Shown: positions 38,044 to 47,463, counted from the stretch's first letter. The stretch: DNA of 55,669 nucleotides from an uncultured virus (IMG/VR IMGVR_UViG_3300044843_001063) (IMGVR_UViG_3300044843_001063); one strand, 5' to 3'. Numbers and translations: made by a program. The notes: generated by a model from the sequence alone, not told the origin.

Positions 38044-38802
38044 ATGTTTAATAAAATTATTGATGCTTGCAAATATTTGCTGACTAGCTTTCCAGAAGCT
38101 CAAACTAGCAAAGAATATCTAGATTCAAGAATCTCCGCTAGTAGTCAAGAACTATTTGATTTTGGATTTTTCCCCAATTTAGATAATTTGCCCGTATTAA
38201 TTGATTTGGTCGGAGAAGCTGAACTAATTAATAGTAATTTGCTGTATTCCAAAATTATTGAAGATTCTGGAGGGATTAGGTCTCTTAATTTTTGTTATTT
38301 TGAACATTATCCTATTATTATGCCGTTTAAAGATCCATATGGGGAAATAGTTGGTATTGTGGGTCGAACCTTATTAAGCGAATCAGAATATAAAAACTTA
38401 GGTATACCTAAATACAAGAATACTAAGAACTTTAAAAAAGGCAATTTTTTATTCGGCTTATATGAAAATAAAGAACATATTATTAAAAATAATAGCGTTT
38501 ATTTGGTAGAGGGTCAATTTGATGTAATTAAAGCAAGAGAAAAAGGCTTTAATAATATGGTAGCCTTAGGGACTTCTAGTATGACAGATTATCAATTCTC
38601 TGTTTTAAGTCGTTATACCGATAATATATTTTTATTATTGGATAATGATGAGGCCGGAGAAAAGGGTCGTAAATTTATTACCCATAAATATGGCAAATAT
38701 GCAAATATTCAAAACTTTTACTTGCCTGATCAGTACAAGGATGTAGATGATTATTTTTCATTATCTCAAGAAGATACCTTATCGTTTGCAGTTAAAGTGT
38801 GA
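38044..38802 (+). CDS. dnaG: DnaG primase catalytic core (Toprim) without a zinc-binding domain
   Basis: IIMPF.D..G.IVG..GR, PKYKNT, FKKG..LFGL, LVEGQFDV, VALGT, LDNDEAG, KDVDD. Confidence 0.9.
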   Translation: MFNKIIDACKYLLTSFPEAQTSKEYLDSRISASSQELFDFGFFPNLDNLPVLIDLVGEAELINSNLLYSKIIEDSGGIRSLNFCYFEHYPIIMPFKDPYGEIVGIVGRTLLSESEYKNLGIPKYKNTKNFKKGNFLFGLYENKEHIIKNNSVYLVEGQFDVIKAREKGFNNMVALGTSSMTDYQFSVLSRYTDNIFLLLDNDEAGEKGRKFITHKYGKYANIQNFYLPDQYKDVDDYFSLSQEDTLSFAVKV

Positions 38803-38814
38803 AATGGTTAACTT

Positions 38815-39333
38815 ATGCAAAAAATATTAAAAAGAAAAGGAATTATAGAATATATTTCTTACGGCAAACGTCATCGAGAAGATGGCCCGGCAGCAATATG
38901 GTTTAATGGAGATAAATCCTGGTATCTTCATGGTCATCTTCATCGAATAGATGGCCCGGCATTAGAATGGACTAATGGACATCAAGAATGGTGGCTTCAT
39001 GATCAACGCCATCGAGACGATGGGCCTGCAATTGAGTATTTAAATGGAGATAAAGAATGGTGGATTCATGGAAAGCGCCATCGAGAAGGCGCTCCAGCCA
39101 TAGAAAGTTTCAGTGAGAAACGATGGTATCTTCATGGTCATCTTCATCGAGAAGATGGTCCAGCGATAGAGTTGCCTAATGGACGTAAAGAGTGGCATCT
39201 TCATGATCAATGCCATCGAGAAGATGGTCCGGCAATAGAAGATGCTTATGGAAATAAATGGTGGTACTTTCAAGGTAAAAATTATACAGAAAAAGAATAT
39301 TGGAGAGTACTTAAATTGAAAGCTTTATGGTAA
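38815..39333 (+). CDS. HREDGPA-repeat protein 4 (6 repeats)
   Basis: Same architecture; one unit is 22 aa. Confidence 0.9.
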   Translation: MQKILKRKGIIEYISYGKRHREDGPAAIWFNGDKSWYLHGHLHRIDGPALEWTNGHQEWWLHDQRHRDDGPAIEYLNGDKEWWIHGKRHREGAPAIESFSEKRWYLHGHLHREDGPAIELPNGRKEWHLHDQCHREDGPAIEDAYGNKWWYFQGKNYTEKEYWRVLKLKALW

Positions 39334-39336
39334 AGT

Positions 39337-39723
39337 ATGCAAGAAATTAAAAAAGAGATATGTGGCGCTAAAAAATATTATTGGAAGTATCAGCTACATC
39401 GAGAAGATGGGCCAGCCATAGAATGGCATGATGGATCTAAAGAATGGTGGATTCATGGTCAACTTCATCGAGAAGATGGTCCGGCAGTAGAATATACTAA
39501 TGGAGAGAAATTTTGGTATCTTTATGGTAAATGCCATCGAGAAGATGGACCTGCCGTAGAATGGTTTAATGGAAATAAATATTGGTTTTTTCATGGTCAA
39601 CGTCATCGAGAAGATGGCCCAGCTATAGAGCATTCTGATGGATTGAAAGCTTTTTATCTTCAAGGAAAAGACTATTCAGAAGAAGAATATTGGCGATTAG
39701 TTAAATTAAAAGGTTTGTGGTAA
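39337..39723 (+). CDS. HREDGPA-repeat protein 5 (4 repeats)
   Basis: Same architecture. Confidence 0.9.
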   Translation: MQEIKKEICGAKKYYWKYQLHREDGPAIEWHDGSKEWWIHGQLHREDGPAVEYTNGEKFWYLYGKCHREDGPAVEWFNGNKYWFFHGQRHREDGPAIEHSDGLKAFYLQGKDYSEEEYWRLVKLKGLW

Positions 39724-39727
39724 CACA

Positions 39728-40114
39728 ATGCAAGAAATTAAGATAGATATATTTGGTACCAAAAAATATTATTGGAATGGTCGATTGCATCGAGAAGATG
39801 GGCCAGCGATAGAATATTCTGATGGAACTACAGTGTGGTTTCTTCATAATAAGAAACATCGAGAAGATGGTCCGGCAGTAGAAACTATTGATGGAGATAT
39901 GGGTTGGTATCGTTATGGAGAATTACATCGAGAAAAAGAGCCCGCCATTATATTAAATAATGGGGAGAAATCTTGGTGGCTTCATGATCAACGGCACAGA
40001 GAGGATGGGCCCGCCGTAGAATTTGCTAATGGAGAAAAAGAGTGGTTTCTTCAAGGCACAGAATATTTAGAAGAAGAATATTGGCGCTTAGTTAAACTAA
40101 AGGGTTTGTGGTAA
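39728..40114 (+). CDS. HREDGPA-repeat protein 6 (4 repeats)
   Basis: Same architecture. Confidence 0.9.
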   Translation: MQEIKIDIFGTKKYYWNGRLHREDGPAIEYSDGTTVWFLHNKKHREDGPAVETIDGDMGWYRYGELHREKEPAIILNNGEKSWWLHDQRHREDGPAVEFANGEKEWFLQGTEYLEEEYWRLVKLKGLW

Positions 40115-40118
40115 TAAT

Positions 40119-40505
40119 ATGCAAAAAATTAAGATAGATAAAGATGGTAATAAAAGATATTATTGGAATAATAAGTTACATCGAGAAGATGGTCCGGCCA
40201 TAGAATGGTTTAATGGACGTAAAGATTGGTACCTTCATGGTCAACGACATCGAGAAGCGGGACCAGCAGTAGAATATGAGAATGGAGATAAAGAATGGTT
40301 TATCCATGGAAAATATCATCGAGAAGATGGCCCAGCCAGAGAATTTTTTTGGGGAGGTAAAGAATGGTTTCTTCACGGTCAACTCCATCGAGAAGATGGA
40401 CCAGCCATAGAATATGCTAGTGGAGAAAAATATTGGTACCTTCAAGGCAAAGAATATACAGAAGAAGAGTATTGGCGAGTGGTTAAATTAAAAGCTTTGT
40501 GGTAA
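40119..40505 (+). CDS. HREDGPA-repeat protein 7 (4 repeats)
   Basis: Same architecture. Confidence 0.9.
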   Translation: MQKIKIDKDGNKRYYWNNKLHREDGPAIEWFNGRKDWYLHGQRHREAGPAVEYENGDKEWFIHGKYHREDGPAREFFWGGKEWFLHGQLHREDGPAIEYASGEKYWYLQGKEYTEEEYWRVVKLKALW

Positions 40506-40508
40506 AGT

Positions 40509-40829
40509 ATGCAAGAAATAAAAATAAATGAACGTGGGACTAAAAGATACTATTGGAATGATGAATTACATCGAGAAGATGGTCCGGCCATAGAGAGGAG
40601 TAATGGAGATAAAGAATGGTGGATTCATGGCAAAAGACATCGAGAAAATGGTCCCGCTATAGAATATATTAATGGATATAAAGAATGGTATCTTCATGGT
40701 CAATGTCATCGAGAAGATGGTCCAGCCATAGAATATGCCGATGGTTATCAAGAATTTTGGCTAAATAACCGCTTTATTTCTTCAAAAGAAGAATATTGGC
40801 GGTTAGTTAAGTTGAAAGCTCTATGGTAA
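40509..40829 (+). CDS. HREDGPA-repeat protein 8 (3 repeats)
   Basis: Same architecture. Confidence 0.9.
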   Translation: MQEIKINERGTKRYYWNDELHREDGPAIERSNGDKEWWIHGKRHRENGPAIEYINGYKEWYLHGQCHREDGPAIEYADGYQEFWLNNRFISSKEEYWRLVKLKALW

Positions 40830-40842
40830 CATCCAAATTTCT

Positions 40843-41667
40843 ATGCTTTTTATTTACAAAATTACCAATTTAATAAATGGAAAAATTTACATTGGGCAAA
40901 CTATTAATCCCTCTCGAAGATGGTCACAGCATAAATCTAATGCTAAACTCCAAAAAGGTAAGCAAATTATTACCGCCGCCATCCGTAAATATGGGCCAGA
41001 CTCCTTCTCTTTCCAAATAATTGCCACCTGCCTCTCCCAAGACCAAGCTAATTGTTCAGAAGAACTGATCATCCAACAAGAAAATAGCCGTCATCCCAAT
41101 ATTGGATACAATGTGGACAAAGGTGGTATGCTGCAATCTCAAGATCCAATTATTGCGGCTAAAATTAGTCACAGCCTTAAAAAATATTATCAATCTCACG
41201 ATAATTGGAATAAAGGAGGCACCCTCTCTCCTGAATGGAAAGAAAAAATATCCCAATCTCATGTAGGGAAAACTGGAACCAATACTGGAAAAACACTCCC
41301 CAATAATTGGAAATTAAAAATTTCTCAATCTCAAGCCGGTCAACCTAAACTTTCCAAAAGAAAATTTCCGCCTCAAATAGAACAAGAAATCTGTCAATTA
41401 TATATTAATAATAATTCTGCCTACTCATTAGCTAAACAATTCCAATGTCACCGGACTGTCATTACCGATATTTTAATTCGTCATCATATTACTTTAAGAG
41501 TTGCTTCCAATAATAAGAGAAAGAAATTATTCTCTGCAGAGCAAGAACTAGAGATATGTCAAGAGTATCAGCAAAAAATATATTCCAGAACTGACCTGGC
41601 TATCAAATATAAGTGTAGCAAAACAACTATTAGGGATATATTAATAAGACATAGTGTTCAACTGTAA
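40843..41667 (+). CDS. GIY-YIG putative homing endonuclease with NUMOD3-like and HTH repeats
   Basis: FIYKITN.INGKIYIGQT, RW..H, E...I, GYN. Confidence 0.9.
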   Translation: MLFIYKITNLINGKIYIGQTINPSRRWSQHKSNAKLQKGKQIITAAIRKYGPDSFSFQIIATCLSQDQANCSEELIIQQENSRHPNIGYNVDKGGMLQSQDPIIAAKISHSLKKYYQSHDNWNKGGTLSPEWKEKISQSHVGKTGTNTGKTLPNNWKLKISQSQAGQPKLSKRKFPPQIEQEICQLYINNNSAYSLAKQFQCHRTVITDILIRHHITLRVASNNKRKKLFSAEQELEICQEYQQKIYSRTDLAIKYKCSKTTIRDILIRHSVQL

Positions 41668-41672
41668 ATGAG

Positions 41673-42119
41673 GTGATGATGGAACCGAGAAAAAACCGAA
41701 GCGATAAGTACCAATGGATACTCCTCGAAACCGCCTGCTCCAACGAAATGCTCGAATCCTTCTGCAACGAAGACAGCATCTCGTCTCGCTTAAACCCCTT
41801 TCAATATAATGAAAATCTAATTGATTTAGAAGATCAATTGAAGAAAGAATTTTGGAGAGTGGTAGAAACTTTGTTAACTCCTCGTCAACGTCAGGTGATT
41901 CGATTGTATGCTGATGGTTATACCCAGATGGAAATTGCTAAGATGTTAAATGTTAATCAAAGTTCAATTACGAAATCGCTGAACGGTAACGTGGATTATA
42001 AGAACGGGAAAAAGATCTACGGTGGCGCGAGAAAGAAAATCCGCAAAATCATCGAAAACGACACCAAGATCAAAGAAATCTTACAGAAAATCGCCGAATG
42101 TCGAGATGAAAAATGGTAA
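41673..42119 (+). CDS. Sigma70 region-4/LuxR-type HTH protein (no region 2 recognised)
   Basis: LTPRQRQVIRLYADGYTQMEIAKMLNVNQSSITKSL. Confidence 0.8.
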   Translation: MMMEPRKNRSDKYQWILLETACSNEMLESFCNEDSISSRLNPFQYNENLIDLEDQLKKEFWRVVETLLTPRQRQVIRLYADGYTQMEIAKMLNVNQSSITKSLNGNVDYKNGKKIYGGARKKIRKIIENDTKIKEILQKIAECRDEKW

Positions 42120-42125
42120 GTCACT

Positions 42126-42965
42126 GTGACACTTTGCTCTCAATGCCAAATGCCTCAAACTCAATTTGTGCCCAAGACAAAATGGTGTGCCACCTGTCAT
42201 CAAAACTATAAAAAGAGAAAATATCAAGAAAATTTATCAGCCAGTAGATACTATACTAACCAAAGAAGAGCGGCAAGAATTCAATGGTTTCAACAACTTA
42301 AAGCCAATATTCCTTGTACGGATTGTGGAAAAATATATGATCCCGTTTGTTTAGATTATGATCACGTACCAGGTCGAGGCATTAAATATAAAAATGTGTC
42401 TCGGATGGTGTTAGATAATAGTCCGAAAGAAAAGATCTTAGAAGAAATCAAGAAATGTGAATTGGTTTGCGTGTTATGTCATAATGCGCGGACCTTTTGT
42501 CGTTTAAAAACGGCCACTGCTTATAAACCACATCAACAAAGAAATATTAATATAATTAATCAGTTCAAAGAACAACCGTGCGTTTACTGTGGTCAACAAT
42601 ACCCTAGCTATAATATGCAAATGGATCATATCAATCCAGCACACAAGTTATCTAATATATCACAGTTGAAAAGTAGTAAAGTAGAAATTTTGCATCAAGA
42701 ATTGGCTAAATGCCAGGTGTTATGTGCTGTATGTCATCGGCTTAAATCGATTATTGAACAAAAGGCCGGAAAATATTTACTTGCCAAATCTAAAATTGCT
42801 AAAAAGAGGTTATATTTTGATGGATATGTCAAAGAGTGCGGTCGATGCCGGCAACTAAAAGAACTTAGCTGTTTTAGAAAACATCAGCACACTACTTCTG
42901 GCTATAACACTTATTGTATAAGCTGTTTTAATGAGTACCGACGACAACGAAGAGCCAACCTGTAA
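42126..42965 (+). CDS. Putative homing endonuclease with two tandem HNH domains
   Basis: PCTDCG..DYDH..CELVCVLCH and PCVYCG..MDH..CQVLCAVCH. Confidence 0.82.
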   Translation: MTLCSQCQMPQTQFVPKTKWCATCHQNYKKRKYQENLSASRYYTNQRRAARIQWFQQLKANIPCTDCGKIYDPVCLDYDHVPGRGIKYKNVSRMVLDNSPKEKILEEIKKCELVCVLCHNARTFCRLKTATAYKPHQQRNINIINQFKEQPCVYCGQQYPSYNMQMDHINPAHKLSNISQLKSSKVEILHQELAKCQVLCAVCHRLKSIIEQKAGKYLLAKSKIAKKRLYFDGYVKECGRCRQLKELSCFRKHQHTTSGYNTYCISCFNEYRRQRRANL

Positions 42966-43809
42966 AATCTATTTGTTAACTAATGTAATCAATAATAAGA
43001 TTTATATTGGTCAAACTTGGAATTCAGTTCACTCTCGAATGGGTAAAAAAGGATCAAAATATAGGAACTCTCCTTATTTGTATAAGGCTATTGTCAAATA
43101 TGGGGCCCAAAATTTCAAATATGAAATCTTGGTTAAGTGTTATGATCAAGAGACAGCGGATTATTTAGAAGAATATTATATTAAGCAATATCGAAGTCAA
43201 GATTCTCATATTGGTTATAATTTGAAAGAAGGCGGTCGAGGAGGTAAGCATTCGTTGGAAACCAAAGAAAAGATCTCTCAATCCGTAAAGAAACAATTGG
43301 CCAATTTAACTCCAGAAGAGTTATTAGAGAGAACGGCCAAAATATCTAGTTATTGGTCTGGAAAGCAGCGAGGCCCACAAACAGAGCAATGGAAACAAGA
43401 AAATTCTGCTAAAATTAAAGCTTGGCATGCAGAACATCCACACCCTATGTTGGGGAAGAGTCATTCAGCGGAAGCAAAAGCAAAAATTAAGCGGAGTAGT
43501 TTGGGCAGAAAGTGTTCTCCGGAAGCTATTCAAAAGCGAGTGGCAAAATTAAAGATAGATCAAGAATTAGAATTATCTATTATTATGGCGTATCAGAGTG
43601 GGGATCTTATTTCTGAAATTGAAAAAGAATATGGGGTAAGAGTATCAACTATTTACCGAGTGCTGAAGAGGAACGCTATTCCGTTAAGGGGATGTGATCA
43701 GAGTTGGGTCGGTAAGAGTCATACTCCAGAAACCTTGGAAAAGATGTCGAGAGCGAGGAAGAAGTATTGGGAGCGCCAACGAGTGATGGGGACAATTAAT
43801 CAAGAATAA
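42931..43809 (+). CDS. GIY-YIG putative homing endonuclease with NUMOD3 repeats
   Basis: KIYLLTN..N.KIYIGQT, E.YYI, GYN, HSLETKEKIS, GKSHSAEAKAKI, GKSHTPETLEKMS. Confidence 0.9.
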   Translation: MSTDDNEEPTCKIYLLTNVINNKIYIGQTWNSVHSRMGKKGSKYRNSPYLYKAIVKYGAQNFKYEILVKCYDQETADYLEEYYIKQYRSQDSHIGYNLKEGGRGGKHSLETKEKISQSVKKQLANLTPEELLERTAKISSYWSGKQRGPQTEQWKQENSAKIKAWHAEHPHPMLGKSHSAEAKAKIKRSSLGRKCSPEAIQKRVAKLKIDQELELSIIMAYQSGDLISEIEKEYGVRVSTIYRVLKRNAIPLRGCDQSWVGKSHTPETLEKMSRARKKYWERQRVMGTINQE

Positions 43810-43849
43810 TATCAATATTTGTTTATCTATAATAGGCGTATTTTATTTA

Positions 43850-44320
43850 ATGGGAGACGTAATGTCAAAATTTAGTATAGATTATTCAAGTTTAGAGAAT
43901 AAAATTTATAAGAAAGCTTATAGATTGAGCGAAGTAAAAGATAAACTTGAAACTGTGGCCTTTGACATTGTTAGATTCAAGGAAGGCGATAAGGGCGCTG
44001 ATTTATGGCAAGTCCAGAGTGCAGATGATGGCGAGTATATTGTGGCTTTATATCAACCAGAAGAGGACGTAAAAACGGCTTCTTGGGATGTGGTATTGAG
44101 TAAAACGGCAGGTACTTTACATGTTTCTTATAACGGGGATCCGATTGTCAAGGTAGCAGCTAGTAAATTGGGGATTCCGGCAGCTGAGTTAGATAAGGTT
44201 CAAAGTTATTTGCCAAATAAATTGGCTACTAATAAAAAATTAGTACAAGCATTATTGAATGAATTGCCAGAATCAACTAAAAAAGAGGTATTAAGTAAGT
44301 ACCCAGAAATGTTAGCTTAA
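43850..44320 (+). CDS. Hypothetical protein (likely start MSKF), possible virion/assembly module
   Basis: GGAG SD; first gene of a cluster of uncharacterised genes. Confidence 0.65.
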   Translation: MGDVMSKFSIDYSSLENKIYKKAYRLSEVKDKLETVAFDIVRFKEGDKGADLWQVQSADDGEYIVALYQPEEDVKTASWDVVLSKTAGTLHVSYNGDPIVKVAASKLGIPAAELDKVQSYLPNKLATNKKLVQALLNELPESTKKEVLSKYPEMLA

Positions 44321-44336
44321 CCTTACCATATAGGCG

Positions 44337-45944
44337 TTGAAAATGAGCGTTGATAAATTACATAAATTAGTGAGTTCTCTAAATACATCATTATTTAATA
44401 ATGAGAGACTTGCCACACCTGTATTAGCTATTAAATTAGCGCAAGCTAATGCCGCTTATCCGGAAGACCAAACCATTGGGGCGATGCATCGGATTATTGG
44501 TAAAATGGTAGATAATGAGAACGTGTTTATTAGCAAGGGAGAGTTAAAAGCTCTAGCTAATAAATTATATTCTCGTAATACTAAATTTGCCGAACTTTTT
44601 CAAGAAGAATTAGGATTAACTTCTCCGATTGCCGAGCCAAAATATTTTCCACGAGATGAATCAACAGCCGAAGTTCGTTATGAGGTACAAGACCAGGTAT
44701 TAGCTAGTGCGTTAGATAGTGTCTTTAATAATGCGCCATTAAAGATGTATTCTAAGAAATTAGCTTCACAAGCCTTACATTCAGTGGCCTCTAGTTTAGA
44801 TGCTTGGAATTTAACACCTACTTCTTTAATGGTCGATGAGGGTAATGAAAAGTTTTTAGTGATTAAAGCTAATTATGAGACTCCTAAAGGGATGACCAGT
44901 TTATTTATTCCGGTAGAAACAGTAAAGGATCAAGTATTAGAAGCTTCGGTATTTATGGGTAATGTTGGCCCGCAAGAGTTAAATCATAGTGCTATTAAAT
45001 CATATTTAACGACTCAAGCCGGGACTAAATTAAAAATTAATGGATCTCAGATTTTATCGATTCTGACTACTGCTGCTTCAGAAAACAGAGAAATTAGCGA
45101 TGCAGAAATTGCGTTAACTAAATTAACTGCCTCTCGTCAAGGAGAGTCTCAATTTTTTGATAATTCGATTGTGGGACAAAAAGTGGCCGAAGCAGGACGT
45201 AAAGATATTGAATTTGCTAAATCAGATGAATTTATGTCATTTGAGAAGCAATTTACTACTCCTCAAGGCCAAGCTATTTGGCAATTTGGGGAAGAAAAAG
45301 TTAAAATTGCTCGAGAACATATTATTAGAGAGTTAAAGAGTTATGGTCATAAGAACCCACAAGTAGTTATTGCCAAGAGCGATAATAACTCTATTTTTTA
45401 CCATGTCTCATTAGATGTGGGTCGGGTTGGATTTACGGTTCCGGTAAAAATTGCCTCGGGTAAAATTATGAAACCATCTATTATGTTATGTAATGGGGCG
45501 GTGAAATCATTTAATCAAGAGAGTATTAACGAATTATATGTCAAAAATACCAGCGATTATCGTGCCGCTGCGGGCGCCTCAACTTTCTCTGGCTTAAAGC
45601 CCAGTGAAGTATTAGATAATTTGCGTACGGCCTTAGCTGAAACGAATTACGCTAAAGCCGAAGATGCGTTAAATGTCTTAGCTCATAGTGGAGATACCAA
45701 AGCATATGCTACTGGATTTAGCGTTTATATGAGCGCGTTAGCTAATAAAAATAATGAGCCTGTGCATAAATGCGCTCATGCCATTCACAATAAAACCAGT
45801 GAGCATCCCATTTGCAGTCAGACCGGATTACCGACTCATAAAGTTTACCAAGACAAAGATGGAAATTGCCGACCGATGTATCGTAGGGGCATGGCTGAGA
45901 CCTATGAAGGCGCAATTTTTAACAACTACAAAATTTTTGGATGA
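44337..45944 (+). CDS. Hypothetical 535-aa protein with an internally duplicated domain
   Basis: SLFIPVE..KDQVL.ASVFM and GFTVPVK..SGKIM.PSIML are similar segments. Confidence 0.7.
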   Translation: MKMSVDKLHKLVSSLNTSLFNNERLATPVLAIKLAQANAAYPEDQTIGAMHRIIGKMVDNENVFISKGELKALANKLYSRNTKFAELFQEELGLTSPIAEPKYFPRDESTAEVRYEVQDQVLASALDSVFNNAPLKMYSKKLASQALHSVASSLDAWNLTPTSLMVDEGNEKFLVIKANYETPKGMTSLFIPVETVKDQVLEASVFMGNVGPQELNHSAIKSYLTTQAGTKLKINGSQILSILTTAASENREISDAEIALTKLTASRQGESQFFDNSIVGQKVAEAGRKDIEFAKSDEFMSFEKQFTTPQGQAIWQFGEEKVKIAREHIIRELKSYGHKNPQVVIAKSDNNSIFYHVSLDVGRVGFTVPVKIASGKIMKPSIMLCNGAVKSFNQESINELYVKNTSDYRAAAGASTFSGLKPSEVLDNLRTALAETNYAKAEDALNVLAHSGDTKAYATGFSVYMSALANKNNEPVHKCAHAIHNKTSEHPICSQTGLPTHKVYQDKDGNCRPMYRRGMAETYEGAIFNNYKIFG

Positions 45945-46717
45945 TTATGAGAATAGTGAGACTGGCTAATTTATTAGAATTAAAGTATAATTTTACCTCT
46001 CAAGCCGGCCTTGCTGACATTATGGGGCAGGTAAAATCCGATTTAATTTCTGCCTATAATTTATATGTTAATAGTCAAACGGCGAAAGAGCCGGTCTTAG
46101 CTATGGTGGCTCAAATGGGAGAACCATTTACGGTATCGTTTGTTCACAATATGAATAAAATGATTGCTAATTTGGATGTATTAGCAGAATCTCCGGCGTT
46201 ATTATTTAATAGTATTAATAAGATGTTAGGGGCAATTCAAGAAGTAAAAGATGATAAAGACAAAACGGTACGTAATTTTATTCATGATTCTATTCGAGTC
46301 ACGAAGCAATCGGAAAAAAATTATCGAGAATTAGTTAAATCTAAATTTGAAACTATGTTATATCGTTTGTCGCATATTTTAGAAAAGCAAGCGAAGACTT
46401 TGAAAGTCTTTTTACCTAAAGAGGTAGAATTAGCTGGTGGTGGAGTGTTACCAGAAAGAAAAGAGTTAAGTAAAGATAAGTTACGAATGTTTTTAATGAC
46501 TCCGGCTGCTCAAAAATATGGTTTACATTCGTTAGATATCTTAGAAAAAGTATTATCAGATCCAGAGTTAAAAGAAAAATTAACTACTTTAATCAATGCA
46601 GTTGATCGTGGGCATGTTCCAGCAGATGGTCCAGAAATTGCAGAAGCCACTCAAGAAATAATGGACTGGTTTAAAAGCAAACAAACTAATGCCAAACAAT
46701 TTGAAGATGTGGAATGA
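45941..46717 (+). CDS. Hypothetical protein
   Basis: ORF; N-terminal MRIVRLANLLELKY. Confidence 0.7.
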   Translation: MIMRIVRLANLLELKYNFTSQAGLADIMGQVKSDLISAYNLYVNSQTAKEPVLAMVAQMGEPFTVSFVHNMNKMIANLDVLAESPALLFNSINKMLGAIQEVKDDKDKTVRNFIHDSIRVTKQSEKNYRELVKSKFETMLYRLSHILEKQAKTLKVFLPKEVELAGGGVLPERKELSKDKLRMFLMTPAAQKYGLHSLDILEKVLSDPELKEKLTTLINAVDRGHVPADGPEIAEATQEIMDWFKSKQTNAKQFEDVE

Positions 46718-46726
46718 GGAGCTATT

Positions 46727-47440
46727 ATGAGAGTTGCTGAAATATTACAGGCGATGGCGGCTTGGTTAGAGAGCCCAGATAATGAGGCATTATTATTATC
46801 TGAATATCATGAAGATAGCATGAAAATTGTGGCAGAAAATTGCATTTTGGCGGCAGCTTTGCTGAAAAATGCGGCAGAACAAGTCAATGAAATTGAGCCT
46901 CCCGCAGAATCCAAGATTACTCCAGAAGCTATTGAGCAAACGGCCGCGTTAGCTGCTATGTTTGATGCTTCGGGCGATCCAGAATTAAAAAAACAAGCTT
47001 CAGTTTTAGATGAGTTATTATTATCTATTGCGGCTCCACCTCATGCATATGCCGAGAGAAAAGATTTACAAGACCAACGGTTAGTAGAATTAAAGAAAAA
47101 ATATGAGAATCCAACTCAAGAATTAAATGAAACCAATAAAACGGCTGATGCTGAGAAAATAATTGATAAAAGCAATATGACCAAAACTTATAAAGTGTTG
47201 GAAGCTCCCTTAAGCACTCGTTATTGCCCAGATCATCCAGGAGTGCAAATTGCCAGAGTGGGAGAGCATATGTGGCAATGTGAGCTAGATAAAAAATCTT
47301 ATAATTTTGAGACTGGATTTGAATTAACTAATGGTGCTCAAGTTCCAGGAGGCGATGTAGCTAATCAAACTCAAGTCTTAGAAATTCCGTATCATGCCAT
47401 CTTCGATAGTCGCGAAGATCGACTTGGCTATAATAAATAA
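46727..47440 (+). CDS. Hypothetical protein with C-terminal zinc-ribbon-like LSTRYCPDHPG motif
   Basis: GAGGAG SD. Confidence 0.7.
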   Translation: MRVAEILQAMAAWLESPDNEALLLSEYHEDSMKIVAENCILAAALLKNAAEQVNEIEPPAESKITPEAIEQTAALAAMFDASGDPELKKQASVLDELLLSIAAPPHAYAERKDLQDQRLVELKKKYENPTQELNETNKTADAEKIIDKSNMTKTYKVLEAPLSTRYCPDHPGVQIARVGEHMWQCELDKKSYNFETGFELTNGAQVPGGDVANQTQVLEIPYHAIFDSREDRLGYNK

Positions 47441-47463
47441 TATAATTATCATTTAAGATATAG

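Larger units (their letters stand above)
36729..40829 (+). repeat. Coding tandem repeat array: 35 units of about 69 nt in 8 genes
   Basis: Core CATCGAGAAGATGG recurs at 69-nt spacing within the genes. Confidence 0.92.

Noticed and set aside
36780..40740. Regular ~69-nt repeat-spacer pattern resembling a CRISPR array
   Set aside because: The repeats are in-frame coding units with codon-level variation, the intervening sequence is also homologous between units, and no cas operon is present.
36678..40751. Antisense and alternate-frame ORFs over the repeat array (36678, 37555, 37571, 39040, 39394, 40176, 40566)
   Set aside because: Shadows of the periodic coding repeat; low-complexity translations lying over well-supported genes.
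36729..40829. Diversity-generating retroelement as the source of repeat variation
   Set aside because: No reverse transcriptase or non-coding template repeat is in the window, and silent adenines such as the CGA codon are conserved rather than randomised. An RT elsewhere cannot be excluded.
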